Program-made: the position numbers and the translations under genes
Part shown: in pieces, positions 63,097 to 64,000 of the stretch
How the letters are laid out: each line of letters starts with the position of its first letter
Position numbering within the stretch: position 1 is the stretch's first letter
Source: Orbicella franksi
Taxonomy: Eukaryota
Assembly: GCA_964199315.1 (NCBI GenBank)
Contig: OZ116701.1
Coordinates: forward strand, 13,206,001-13,270,000
Length of the DNA stretch: 64,000 nt
Direction: 5' to 3'
Notes under the pieces: model-generated
The model's database searches: none
What the model was told of the DNA's origin: nothing
What the model saw: the letters and a program-made list of their open reading frames with translations, nothing else

Positions 63097-64000
63097 GTCA
63101 GTAATTCACAAAATAACCTTCAAACCTTTTGTAATCCAAAATTCAGAAATACTTTTAAAATTAAGAGGTACCCCGATACCAAATTGTCTAGCTAACTTAA
63201 AAATTTATTGTAAGCTTACGTGTCAAGCTGTAGAACGAAATATTAAGCTTAATATCATGTAATATTCTAAGCGAGTTCAGGCTTATTTTGTTTTAGTTTT
63301 TTTGTGAATTCTATTTGACTCAATGCCTAATAACTTTGAATACTACCCGGGAATGTGGTAAGTAAAACGTTTTTGAAATCCATCGTTTGCCTTTAGCCAG
63401 ACAATAGGCCACTTTCATTACATTAAAATTCAGCTTGATCACAAACAAAAGATAGGAATAAACATTTTCACTTTGTTACCTTTCTTTGTGTCCTTAGGTC
63501 TCGCTAGGAAGCTGCGTTTTGATGTATAACTTGAAAGTACATGTGTAACCTATTGCTATAGAAATTGTCGGCTTAACTGAGAAAAAGTTAATTTAACTAC
63601 CAATTACGTGCATCATATATCTTCATGTGGAGCTTTTCGTTTGGCGTTCTGCTAAAACAGACTAACAACACAATTACCAGAGCAATATAACGCTATGCAC
63701 AAGATGTATTCATTGAATAACTGTAACCAAAGCTGGATCAACTGGGTAAAATCAGTGCAAGTCGTGGTCAGAAGAAGATATTGATAAATGATAGTTTCTC
63801 ATTGCATCCAAGTTAAATTATGATCGTTTCTTTTGCCTATAGATGAAAGAAAGTCAAACACCCGGGGTCAAACATAAGACCATGCTTTAAAAGAGCAAAC
63901 CTCCATCCACTTACAATTCAAACCTGCCAGCTTTTCAATCAACATTCTTCCAAAAATTTGAATTAGATGTAGATGGAGAATGTAGTAGTAGGCATAAAGC

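Overview
Eukaryotic, AT-rich, intron-containing genomic DNA. It is most consistent with a stony coral or related anthozoan; this is an inference from USOMP5-like genes, an opine dehydrogenase and cnidarian-type SINE/MITE families. One assembly gap lies at 48778-48970. The window is a repeat-rich, duplication-prone locus with several immune-type genes. (i) Four IFI6/IFI27 (ISG12)-related units: an intact signal-peptide gene at 2.5-4.4 kb, a frameshifted paralog at 14.7-16.4 kb, and two units at 47.4-56.4 kb in which an acidic 14-aa Ser/Asn/Asp repeat is joined to ISG12 sequence. A paralogous first exon at 63.0 kb runs off the window. (ii) Three tandem fibrinogen-like/USOMP5-like genes, the third a chimera of the first two. 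(iii) A TNF-superfamily ligand exon split by a TIR element with an AT target duplication. (iv) A three-exon opine dehydrogenase with an altered Rossmann loop. (v) A decayed spliced KDZ transposase, Penelope and CR1/L2 fragments, tRNA-derived SINEs and many MITEs. The two 5' ISG12 paralogs share IRF/ISRE-like promoter motifs. No CRISPR array, rRNA or genuine tRNA was found. All exon models were read by eye from splice signals, phase and homology, without expression data.
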